From: Octopus bimaculoides
Taxonomy: Eukaryota
DNA: 64,000 bases
Assembly: GCF_001194135.2 (NCBI RefSeq)
Contig: NC_068999.1
Coordinates: forward strand, 47,101,197-47,165,196
Direction of reading: 5' to 3'
This document shows positions 51,128 to 63,234 of this stretch, one piece after another. Both the position numbers and the translations under genes were made by a program. Position 1 is the first letter of the stretch. Each line of letters begins with the position of its first letter. Under the pieces are notes generated by a model, which saw only the letters and a list, made by a program, of their open reading frames with translations, searched no databases and was not told the origin of the DNA.

Positions 51128-52571
51128 GGTGATGGTAGTAGTGGTTGCTTTTACCACATTCCTCATAACAAACCTCTGTTAATTCCTAGTCAACCCCCTC
51201 TGAATGTAGATCATTACCATCCACCCCCATCACTTCATTTGTAATGTTATCTCGACAAACATCATTTTTTGCTTTTGTTTGTTTTTTTTTACTATACATT
51301 ATCAGTCTTTTATGGAGAAGACTTGCAAGCGAAAGTGTCACTTGTTTGTGATGAAATATAAGACAATAACATATCGTCATCTTTTCCTGACCGGTATCCT
51401 CAATCAACTGGCATGGCATTGGTTGCGAGGAATATAAATGGGATGTTGTTGAAAGCAGAAAATGTTTTGCAGTTCTGCGATTGTTCGGTGACATCAGTGA
51501 TAGTTATTGGAAATTTAATTTAAGAAAACAAATCATTAAATGTCTGAGGTTTTTTTTTTTTTTTTTTTTTTTAAGTTTTTTTTTATATGGCTGAGGCTGA
51601 TCAAAATGCGTGCACGAAGGATTTTATTTCAGATGTTTGCGTTGGAATAAAGCGAGAGATTTGATACGGTTGTTTAGCATCTTGTAATTATAATCAAGAC
51701 CATTATTAATTGATGCCACGTAAAAAGCACTCTGTCCACTCTGTGGGGTGGTTGGTGTTATGAAGAGCATTTAGCCATAAAAAAACCTTGCCCTAACAGA
51801 CACTGAGGCCTGGTACAGTTTCCTGCTTAGCCAGCTCTTGTCAAACCATCCAACCCATGCCAGCATGGAATTGGGCATTAAATGATGATGTTCCCATTGT
51901 TATGCAAGCTTATATATTACATTAATACCTGTGTTATGCTTATTTCCATCTGTTTAATAACTATTCAGCAGAAATATTAGAACTTATATATCTTCTCACA
52001 CCATATGTTTAAGAGAAAAACCCTCACAATATACAATATTTGTCTTGCTTTCTGTCTCAAGTTATCACTTCACAGTGTATAAAATGTAACGAAATGTGTT
52101 TATCAGCAAATTTTCTGCAAGTGGTGGGTTGATTACCAAATGCTGTCTTTTGTTGGCCTAAACATTGTCAGTCTTTGTCCAGATCACTATATATGCACAC
52201 ACTCACCAGGACTTAGTTGGCCTGGGAGTACAGTTGAAGATAATTATCTGAGGTAGCAAGCATTGGGACTGAACTTGGAACCTTGTGTTTGGGAAGCAAA
52301 CTTAACCACACAACCATGCTTGCACCTTGTATTAGATCTCAACCCTTTTTCTGATTATGGGGTGGCAGTATAACTGGGTGGGCATATCTTGCTTACCCAC
52401 TAAAAAAAATGTTGTATATNNNNNNNNNNTATATATATATATATTTTAAACAAATTGTTATTTTTATTCAAGATATTTTTGCTAGTCCTTAAAATGTACC
52501 ATTTTATCCAGTTATTTCTTTGCTTTGGAAGATGTTATTGTAATTGTTCTTACTTTCCATTTTAATTCCAG

Positions 52572-53179
52572 CTTGGGTCGGATCTGTTACAATTGGAATG
52601 ACTTTTCTCATGTCTATATTTGCAAGCATCCTTGCAGACAGAATTGGAATCAGAAAAGTTGGCTGTTTCGGAGCAATACTTTCCACTGTCGGTTTGTTGT
52701 CTAGTGCTTTTGTAACCCAATTAGAACTGCTTTATCTAACTTATGGCATCTTAATAGGTGTTGGTGGAGCTTTTATCTATTCTCCATCACTTGTCATCCT
52801 TGGACATTACTTCAAAAAGAAAATGGGTCTTGTGAATGGTTTGGTGTCTTTTGGAAGTGCTTTATTTTCAGTTAGTTTCTCTCAGATTCTACCAGTTCTT
52901 ATTGACAGAGTACAGTTAAAGAATACTCTGTTAATTTTGAGTGGATTGGATGCAACGATGGTGTTTTGTACATTTACCTGGAAACCAGTGTTAGTAAAAG
53001 AAAGCCCTATGAACCAACTAACGTTGTCAAGTGAGAGTATATATGAACATGTGCATGACTGCTGTTCTTGGACTAAAAAATTCCTCAATGTGGATATATG
53101 GAAGAACAGAGGTTATGTGATATGGGCGCTGTCTTGTGGCATTTCTTTGTTTGGTTATTTTGTGCCGTTTGTTCATTTG
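52572..53179 (+). CDS. SLC16A10: SLC16A10/MCT10-like transporter, coding exon 2 (TM2-TM7)
   Basis: ttccag| acceptor completes T|CT=Ser; SWVGSVTIGMTFLMS..AFIYSPSLVILGHYFKKKMGLVNG..GYFVPFVHL; donor ttg|gtaagt, phase 0. SLVILGHYF is characteristic of MCT8/MCT10. Confidence 0.95.
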
Positions 53180-54000
53180 GTAAGTACTAGCCTATAAAAA
53201 GAACAAATATCTAAATTTCTTCAGATCATTTTTATCCTTTGTTCTTTTCCTTTTAATTGAAAACTCAAGATGTGTTTGTTTTTTTTTTTGTTTTGTTTTT
53301 TTTCAATATTTACCATCATCATCATTTAATGTCCCTTTTTCCATGTTGGTGTTGATTGGACAGTCCAACATGAAGTGACGAGCCAGAGGGCTTTGCTGAG
53401 CCCCAATGTCTGCTTAGGAATGGTTTCCATTGCTGGGTACTTTTTTTGTTTTTTTTTTTGTGCCACCACCTCTGGTGGGGGGTCACCATGTACCTGCAAG
53501 GCAAAACCCCCTCATCTGAGTGGAGTACAGTATTGAGAGATATGATAGTATGATGGAGGGAGAGGAGCAAGTGTCTTGCCAAAGAAGTGAATATATGGCT
53601 TCCCCATCTGAAATAAGAGAGAGATGTGTGCAGAAATGAACATTTTGTTGTGCAAAAACAAAAGTTTTATTGTATGCTGCTTATTTTCGGGAATTTTGGA
53701 TTCCAAAGTCTTTCTAGGTTTTTGCAGACCAAAGAGGTCATGTGATAATTCCACACCACTAAGCAATTAAATATCTCTATGGTACCTTGTACCATTAGAA
53801 ATTTTAATATTAATATGAAGATGACAGGTTTATGAATACAGATTGTATTAATGAAATGGAATCATCAATCAAATAAGTCATTGTATTAAAAGTGAATTAA
53901 ATTATTTAATTACATAAACCAGGTACTACATAGAGAGTTAACTGCAAATATCTGGAAATTGATAGCTGTAAGAACTTGTTCAGAAATGAGCATTTCTGTA

Positions 54001-54668
54001 TCATCATCATCATCATCATCGTTTAACGTCCGCTTTCCATGCTAGCATGGGTTGGACGATTTGACTGAGGACTGGTGAAACCGGATGGCAACACCAGGCT
54101 CCAGTCTGATTTGGCAGAGTTTCTACAGCTGGATGCCCTTCCTAACGCCAACCACTCAGAGAGTGTAGTGGGTGCTTTTACGTGTCACCCGCACGAAAAC
54201 GGCCACGCTCGAAATGGTGTCTTTTATGTGCCACCCGCACAAGCCAGTCCAGGGGCACTGGCAACGATCTNNNNNNNNNNNNNNNNNNNNNNNNNNNNNN
54301 NNNNNNNNNNNNNNNNNNNNNNNNNNNNNNNNNNNNNNNNNNNNNNNNNNNNNNNNNNNNNNNNNNNNNNNNNNNNNNNNNNNNNCCCGCACAAGCCAGT
54401 CCAGGGGCACTGGCAACGATCTTACTTGGCTTGCCGGGTCTTCTCACGCACAGCCCATTTCCAAAGGTCTCGGTCCGTAGTCATCGCCTCGGTGAGGCCC
54501 AATGTACGAAGGTCTTGCCTCACCACCTCAGCCCAGGTCTTCCTGGGCCTACCTCTTCCACGGGTTCCCTCAACTGTTAGGGTGTGGCACTTTTTCACGC
54601 AGCTATCCTCCTCCATTCTCACCACATGTCCATACCAGCGCAATCGTCTCTCTTGCACGCCACAACTG
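54001..54668 (-). mobile_element. RTE 3' end, antisense in transporter intron 2, low divergence
   Basis: ORF 54422-54685: CGVQERRLRWYGHVVRMEEDSCVKKC..VEGTRGRGRPRKTWAEVVRQDLRTLGLTEAMTTDRDLWK; consensus 3' UTR and (GAT)n tail at 54001. Confidence 0.9.
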
Positions 54669-57655
54669 TTGGAAAATGGCAGCACTTAAATTTGAAGGCT
54701 CAGAATTTTTGGATGTTGGCTTAAGACTTTGGTACACATTCTTATTGGGAAATCTTTTTAAACCTTTCATCCAAGTGAAGTTGTTTCATATCCTTAGACC
54801 ATTCCTTGTGTAACCTTTTCAGGCCTCAACTAAAGATTTATTATCTCAGGTTCCATCATGAAAGAATTGTCAATCTCTCTTAATTAATCATGATTAAATC
54901 TTTCATCTACATCTACTTTGTCTTCATCATCACTTCTGTTGTTTTTATCAGAATGTACCACTGTATCTATAATCACAGTCAGTATAGAGACACACAATTA
55001 TATCTTATATAACCAACCATTATTGAGATACACATTAGATGTTTCTTTGTTGACTGTCATCCTTTCAACTAGATTCTTTTCACGAACCTTACTTGCTCTA
55101 GATCTCCAAACACATTTAACATAATTCAAGTTACTCCTTAACAACTTTCTCTACTGATGCATGAAATCCTTTAAAACCATTGTCAGCATTTCCATTGGAT
55201 GACATCTCATATATAAAGACAAGTTTTTGGTTGAGTGAAAGTTTGGCAATATAATTGACACATATATGGTTATAATAATGGACTTTCCTGTCATTAGACG
55301 ATGTATGAGGGTTTGACAATTCCTTGCCAAACAACCACACAGATGATTTGTTTATAGTGATCAAATTTTTGTGTAGACGTAAGCTCACTCCCTAAGCTCA
55401 ACAACTCTCTGGCAATGGGGTAGTGGCGACCCCTGCTGTACTCTTTCACTACAACTTACACTCGTTCTTCCTGTTTTTGTTGTACCTGTATTTCAAAAGG
55501 CCAGCCTTGTCCCACTCTGTGTCACACTGTATCTCCCCAAGAACTATGTTAAGGATACATGTGTCTGTGGAGTGCTCAGCCACTTGCACGTTAATTTCAT
55601 TCCCTTGATCAGATCAACTAGAACCCTCGTCATCGTAACGACGGAGTGCCACAATAACCAGTTGCCCTTCTTCACATCAGCATCATGGAAAAGTAATTTA
55701 TTTTAGTGTATAATAGATTTAGATGTCTGCATGGGGCTCTACATTACAACCCATGTATTGGTTCACTCAGGGGTTTGTAGCCTGGTCCACTAAAGGAGCT
55801 TTTTTGCGATTACCACCAGATTAGATAAATCCATACATTGTGCCTAAATGTGCGTGTGTGTGTGTATGTAGCTGTGTGGTAAGAAGCTTGCTTCCCAACA
55901 ACATGGTTCCAGTTTCAGTCCCACTGTGTGACACCTTAGGCAAATATCTTCTACAATAGTTTCGGACCAACCTAATCCTTGTGAGTGGATTTAGTAGGCA
56001 GAAACTGAAAGGAGCCCACCATATGTATGTATGTTTGTTTGTCCCCCCCACACACACACACGCACCTTCGCTTGACAACCAATGCTGGTGTGTTAGTATC
56101 CCTGTAACTTAGCAGTTTGACAAAAGAGACCAATAGAATAAGTCCTAGGCTTACAAAGAACAAGTCCTGGGGTCAATTTCTTCAACTAAGACCCTTTAAG
56201 GCAGTGCTCCAGCATGGCTGCAGCCAAATGACAAACAAATAAAAGAATAGAATAACATATTTACACACACACACACACACATACACACACACACACACAC
56301 ACACGAGGGGGAAGAGGGTAGGAGATAGTGACTAAATGCTCAGATGACATAATAGATTGGTTAAGTACACAGGTTTTTGACAGAGAAACCTGATTTTTAT
56401 CTCTGATCTAATTAACTTGGATATGTACTCACAATCATGAGTTTGTGAGCCAGTTTGCCCTAAATAAATAAACATCTGAGTTTTAAAAAAAAGAAACAAA
56501 TATTACATAACAATGTATTATGAATGCATAGTAATAATGAAGATGATAATCTTTACTACCAGAGGCACAAGGCCTGTAATTTGATGGGTAGGAAGAGGCT
56601 AGTTGATTACATCAGCTCAGTATTTGTCTGGTACTTATCTTGTCAATCCTGAAAGGATGAAAGGCAAAGTTGAAGGCTGTGGCATTTGAGCATGCTTGCA
56701 TGGATCGGATGTGGTTTTATTGAGGCAGATTTTCTACACTTGGATGCCCTTCCCGTCACCAACCTGCACTTGTTTCCAAATGAGGTAATGTTTCTCCATA
56801 GTGAGACAGGTTTTTACAGAATATTGGAAATTAATGATGTCGCTTGTGTGACAGTGGCACTCATTTACAGCTACCACACAATGTCAAGACACACACAAAC
56901 ACTCGTGCATACATACATACATACATATATATGACGACGTTGATGATGATGAACTTCTTTCAGTTTCCATCTGCCAAATTGCTCACAAAATTTTGATCAG
57001 CCCAGGATTATGATAGAAGAAACTTGCTCAAGATACCACTCAATGGGACTGAATCTGTAGCCATAGGGCTCGGAAGCAAATTTCTTACCACACAGCCTAT
57101 ATATATATATATATATATATATATANNNNNNNNNNNNNNNNNNNNNNNNNNNNNNNNNNNNNNNNNNNNNNNNNNNNNNNNNNNNNNNNNNNNNNNNNNN
57201 NNNNNNNNNNNNNNNNNNNNNNNNNNNNNNNNNNNNNNNNNNNNNNNNNNNNNNNNNNNNNNNNNNNNNNNNNNNNNNNNNNNNNNNNNNNNNNNNNNNN
57301 NNNNNNNNNNNNNNNNNNNNNNNNNNNNNNNNNNNNNNNNNNNNNNNNNNNNNNNNNNNNNNNNNNNNNNNNNNNNNNNNNNNNNNNNNNNNNNNNNNNN
57401 NNNNNNNNNNNNNNNNNNNNNNNNNNNNNNNNNNNNNNNNNNNNNNNNNNNNNNNNNNNNNNNNNNNNNNNNNNNNNNNNNNNNNNNNNNNNNNNNNNNN
57501 NNNNNNNNNNNNNNNNNNNNNNNNNNNNNNNNNNNNNNNNNNATATATATATATATATATACACATATATATATATATGTATATACATATATATATATAT
57601 GTATATACATATATATATATATGTATACACATATATATATATATATATATACACA

Positions 57656-57690
<35 letters not shown>

Positions 57691-57837
57691 GTATATACAT
57701 ATATAAGTTAGTTGAAAAATGTTTGTCACATCTTTCAATTGCTTTAGCAAAAACAGTTGAAATATGTGACAAACATGCTTCAACTAACCTAAATTCTGCT
57801 CGTACCTAAACACTCTTTGCACCAGTGCTTCGTTGTA

Positions 57838-57868
<31 letters not shown>

Positions 57869-58127
57869 TCTAGCTGGCCCTGTGCCGTCGAAAATGATGG
57901 CTAATTGTATTATTTTAAATTTGAAATGCTGTTTGAGTTTTCTTTTCAGTGTTGAATGTTCACCATCCCACTTCTATGGAAACACACACACACACACACA
58001 CGCACATTCACATACCTCCCTTTTACATACACACACACATATATTCACAGTTGAAACACTCCCACTACCAGTTTACAATCATCCCTTCCTTCCTTTCTCA
58101 TTCATATGTTGTGATGGAGAAAAACAT

Positions 58128-58166
<39 letters not shown>

Positions 58167-61100
58167 CGTCGGGCTTCTTTCAGTTTCCGTCTACCAAATC
58201 CACTCACAAGGCTTTGGTCGGCCCAAGGCTTATAGTAGAATGGGACTGAACCCGGAACCATGTGGTTGGTAAGCAAGCTACTTACCACACAGCCACTCCT
58301 GCGCCTACTGGCTGTTAACTTTATCTGTGGTTAGACAATACAGTCATCTATTCAGCTTCTCAGGATCCTATGATCTAACAACATTGCAAATGTGTGTTAT
58401 ATTATAATTGAGAGTCTAATTTTACCTGTGAATTTTCTGTGTGTGCATTAGAAATGATACTCAAGGACAGTGGGAGGTTGTACCAGACAAAAGATTAACT
58501 TGTTCAATGGCCTATTTTTCATTATTAAGTTAACTTATTTTCCGCTGAATGGAGACTAACAGTAGAAATTAGTTAATGTGACCTAATATTTTAATGTATT
58601 TAGATACTCATGTAAACATTAATTTAAATGTCCATGTATGTATAGAAGCATCAAATGTGGTTGGTATTTTGCAGACAAAGTAAATTTCAAACACAGTAAA
58701 GCTGTACGAACAGCAGAAAAAGATCGGGTGTTTATCCTGATAAGACAGAAAAAAAAAATTGCCGGCAGGTGGCTTAGCAAGTTTTTTCTGTCTTATGAGG
58801 GTAAAATACCCAATCTTTCTCTACTCTTCTTAAAGCTTTACTGTGTTCGAAATTTACTTTCTTGTCTACAAAATGTGTGTGTGTGTGTGTGTGTGTATTA
58901 ATGTTTGTTTTAATATTCTAATAAAGACAATTTTATATTAAATTGGAGGATTACTCAATACACTTTGTAGAATACAAATTTATTGTTCTTTAACAAGAAT
59001 AATATTGGCAGTGACTTCAAAGTTTCAGCCATTGGATGACTAAAACTTCAAAGTCACTGTCACTGATGAACAACAATTAACTTACATCAATTATTATTTA
59101 TTAATTCAATACAAATAGACTGCATCCCATCTAACAGCTGTTTCTGCTTCCAATGTTGTATGGTATTGCCATTGATATGCTAAAAAATATTTCTCATATT
59201 TGGTTATAAAATACACCAGAAGTATAATGGATTTTATCCCTTAGACAGTTAGCGAGGTCGTTGCCAGTGCCGCTGGACTGGCTCCTGTGCAGGTGACACA
59301 TCAAAACACCATTTGAGCATGTCTGTTGCCAGTACCGCCTGACTGGCCCTCGTGCCAGTGGCACGTAAAAGCACTCACTATACTCTCGGAGTGGTTGGCA
59401 TTAGAAAGGGCATCCAGCTGCAGAAACTTTGCTAGATCAGATTGAGCCTGGTGCAGCCTCTGTTCCAATCTATGAAATTCTATCTGGTCATGGGGAAATG
59501 TTACCTTACTTGGAAACAGTTGAGGGTTAGTGACATGAAAAGCATCCAGCTGTAGAAAATTTGCCTTATCCCTATAACATTCAGGTTAATTCATCAAATG
59601 TAATCCTTATTCATCTACATTTTAAAAAATTAGTCACATTTTATCTCATAGCCTTGATTTTGATGTGAATGTTCATTTTTAGATTAACATTGTAGAGTAG
59701 GTGTGAGAGGCTGGATCTGGCCAGTTTCAACATGAAACTGGTAGAATATATGGACTGGATATAGCCAGTTTAAATGCTAAAGGGTGAGAGTCCCCTTTAT
59801 GCAAGTGGCATCCTTAAGTACCAACCGTCTATAAAAATGTCTGGTCATGGGGAAATGTTACCTTACTTGGATGTAGGTGAGGGTTGGTGACAGGAAGGGC
59901 ATCTGGCCATAGAAAAATCTGCCTTAATAAACTCCAACTGACCCATGTGAACATGGAAAACTGGACATTGAAACGGTGAGAAAATAATGAACTGTATCTT
60001 TTTATATGATACAAAATATTTCGAAAACCATTTTTTAAATTCCATTATTGCTTATATTATTCTAACCATTATCTTCATTAGCGTTGACACAATCCATCAT
60101 TATTTGACCATGTCTTCATTGCATTTATTTCATAATTAACAATATTATTATTTTTTTCTTTCATTAATCGTTAGCCTCTCTGCTATCATTGACAGTAACC
60201 TCATTGTGCCGTGTGGTATCTTAACGAGTCCTCATCAACTGTTGCTTGAGTGCTGACAGTAATATGTAACTATGGCAACCTGTCATGTGACTCGTTAATA
60301 TCGGAAAAGAAACAAAGAACTAAGTTGTCTTCTTATATCATTGCAGAATCATCACCATCACCATCACCATCTTCATCACCATCGTCATCATCATCATCAT
60401 TGTTATCATCATCGTCAACATGTGGAATATTATTGGTTAGCTTGATGTTGATTCATGTTTAGCCTGGAGGAAGTAAATAGAATAAAGTATTTCATTATGA
60501 AGAAAATATCTCCTGCTTGAATAAAAGTATGTCATGCTAACCATTTAAAAAAATTTTTTATTTGGTGCTTTCAGTCAGCTCTCTTTGGGCAGATTGGTTG
60601 CAACAAAATCTAGAAATGGCTGACAGGTACAGGTCTCCAGATTATCATCTAAGATCTTGGTACACATTCTTTCCTATGTTATTTTGTTGTTTGATGGAGT
60701 ACCGAAAAGTTCCTGGCTTCAAGGGTGTCGCGAAAGGCTTGATTGGAAGCCCAACCTTCTGAGTTCTTTTATAGGGCTTAGAAAAACTGAAGGGCTACTG
60801 CAATAAGTGTGAATCTGAGATGGGAATATGTTGAATAAAATCATAATTAACTGATCCTTCTGCATTTTCTTTTACACAAAGCCAGGAACTTTTCATTCCC
60901 CCACCTCCTTGTGTAGGTAGTTTAGTGTTGCTGTTTCTACCTACTGTGTCCTTGTTTATTGTGCAGTCTATTTTAATATGACTGGAATTTTTTGATTGTA
61001 ATGGTGCTGATTGTTGTTATTGTTATTTAAGTTAACCGTCATTGAACAAATTTATTCTACATTTTTCATCATAAAAGTTGAGGTAGCACATAATGTGAAC

Positions 61101-61985
61101 ATGTAGTGTAAAGATTCAAACATCATCTCAATCTGTCTAAATCCTGCTGCATTTCACATGGAATTTTTGATACTCCAAAGATGTCTCGGTGTATAAGTCA
61201 AGCTACCTTTTTTCTTTTTACTAAATTTTGGTGTGAAAACTTTGACTTGTAAGCCAGAAAATACAATATATATACATTATATATACACTATCAAACATAT
61301 ACATACACTTACACACATGCTGTATTTTCTGTTATGCAAGTCAACGTAGCATATAGTGTAAACATCCAAGCATTGTCCCTATCTTCTGTATGTATGGCCC
61401 TTGTCCCCTTTCTGTCCCCTTTCCACCATCATTCTCTCCTCTCTCTCTCTCTCCACCTGAGCTATCCATGTTTCTCCTCCAATGCAAGACAATTGTTTTG
61501 TCCCTTAATACATTTCCCTCCCAACTCCAACTTGTCCTGCAAATTACTTGGTGACCCCACTACCGTTGCATTTCATGTGGAATTTTTGGTCCTCCAGAGG
61601 AGTCTTGGTTTATAAGTCAACATCCCTTTTCTTTCCTCCCCCCCCCCCCCTGAAAATTTTGCCCTGAAAAATTCAACTTGTGTGCTGGCAACTCAAAGGC
61701 ACTCAGCCATGAAAATCTTGCCTTTTCTTTTTCTGGGCCTTTTATCTAATGTAACCAACTTACTTGCACGTTAATTGTGTAAAAACTGTCCAACCCATGC
61801 CAGCATGGAAAATAGACATTAAATGATGATGATGATGATAGCCTGACAAACAACTGGGTTATGATTATCTTGTAAATCATTTGATATCCAGCTGTTTAAT
61901 AAGGTTTTATTCTCAACTTATCATTGAAGTCTGATACTTGTAACTTGATTTGATACACATGGAATAAAACGTGTTTTACAATAAT

Positions 61986-62150
61986 GAAAATGACTGACTA
62001 ATGACCGATGAAACAACTGACTAATGACTGGTGAAACAACTGACTAAAGACGGACAAAACAACTGACTAGCGATGGACGAAACAACTGACTAACAACCAA
62101 TGAAATGATTGAATAGTAAAGAATAAAACAATTAGTTAATGAAGTATGAA
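61986..62150. repeat. 23-bp-period degenerate minisatellite
   Basis: About 7 units: gaaacaactgactaa-like core plus 8 variable nt, decaying rightwards. Confidence 0.8.
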
Positions 62151-62489
62151 ACAATTGAATTATGAATTAACTGAATGATAAATAGTGGAGGAACTGAAAG
62201 GTGACACAACTGAATTGACTGTTTTACGACTAATGTATATATTTACAGAAAACATAATGTTAACTAGTCCACTTAAATAGCATTAACAATCTTGCTAAAC
62301 AAACACCCAATATAAACATAGCTGTCTTTTAAAACACACACACACACACACTAATATTTGTGTCATGTTAACTGAATGGTAAAATATTTCAGTTTGGAAG
62401 TTACAAAATATATATAAATAAAAAAAGTAAGATTTTAAAGAAAATAATTATTTTAATAAATTTCTTTATGAACTGGTAGTTGTGGCTGA

Positions 62490-62842
62490 TTCTGGTGTCA
62501 TGTAACTGGCACCTTTCAAGCTTTGGGCCTCACAGAGGCAATGACAAATGACTGAGGCCTTTGGCAATATGTCATGCTTGAGCAGATGACCCATCAAGCC
62601 AAGTGAAATCATAGTTGTGGCAGACACTGGTGTCACACAACTGGTACGGGTGCCAGTGGCATGTAAAAAGCACCCGTTACACTCTTGGAGTGGTTGACAT
62701 TAGGAAGGACATCCAGCTGTAGAAACCATGCCAAATCAGACTGGAGACTGGTGTAGCTCCCTAGCTTACCAGCTCTGGTCAAACTGTCCAACCCATGCCA
62801 GCATGGACAACAGACGTTAAATGATGATGATGATGATGATGC
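62490..62842 (+). mobile_element. RTE 3' end immediately upstream of transporter exon 3
   Basis: Family 3' UTR and (GAT)n tail ending about 25 nt before the 62867 acceptor. Additional RTE UTR pieces at 59225-59460, 63470-63640 and 63830-64000. Confidence 0.8.
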
Positions 62843-62867
62843 TAAATAAATTTCTCATTTATTTCAG

Positions 62868-63234
62868 ATAAAACATACCCAAGATCTGTTTTCGGTTGAG
62901 AAAGCTCCATTCATATTGATGTCTATACATATCACCTCGGGTATCAGCCGTCTTGTATTTGGAAAACTAGCCGACCACCCTAACATCAGCAGAATTCGTC
63001 TACAGCAAATAGCATTTTTCGGTTTTGGTACTGTCACAATGTTGATACCATTTTTACCATCATTCTATTGGTTAATTGGTGCTTGTTTGTGTATGGGAAT
63101 TTTTGATGGCATCTTTATCTGTTTGTTGGGACCCATAGCCTTTGATATAGTTGGCCCAGCGAAAGCATCACAAGCAATTGGTTTCCTATTAGGACTCTTT
63201 TCTGTCCCCTTGATGTGCGGACCCCCAGTGGCTG
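62868..63234 (+). CDS. SLC16A10: SLC16A10/MCT10-like transporter, coding exon 3 (TM8-TM11); gene continues past the window
   Basis: atttcag| acceptor, phase 0; IKHTQDLF..TSGISRLVFGKLAD..MGIFDGIF..GPIAFDIVG..ASQAIGFLLG..GPPVA; donor g|gtaagt. Confidence 0.93.

Noticed and set aside
2670-57809. Long ORFs in the track containing X runs or poly-CV/HT/YI/I/N tracts
   Set aside because: Artefacts of N gaps and microsatellites; no domain content.
61986-62150. CRISPR-like repeat/spacer pattern
   Set aside because: The variable parts are only 8 nt and related to each other; this is a minisatellite.
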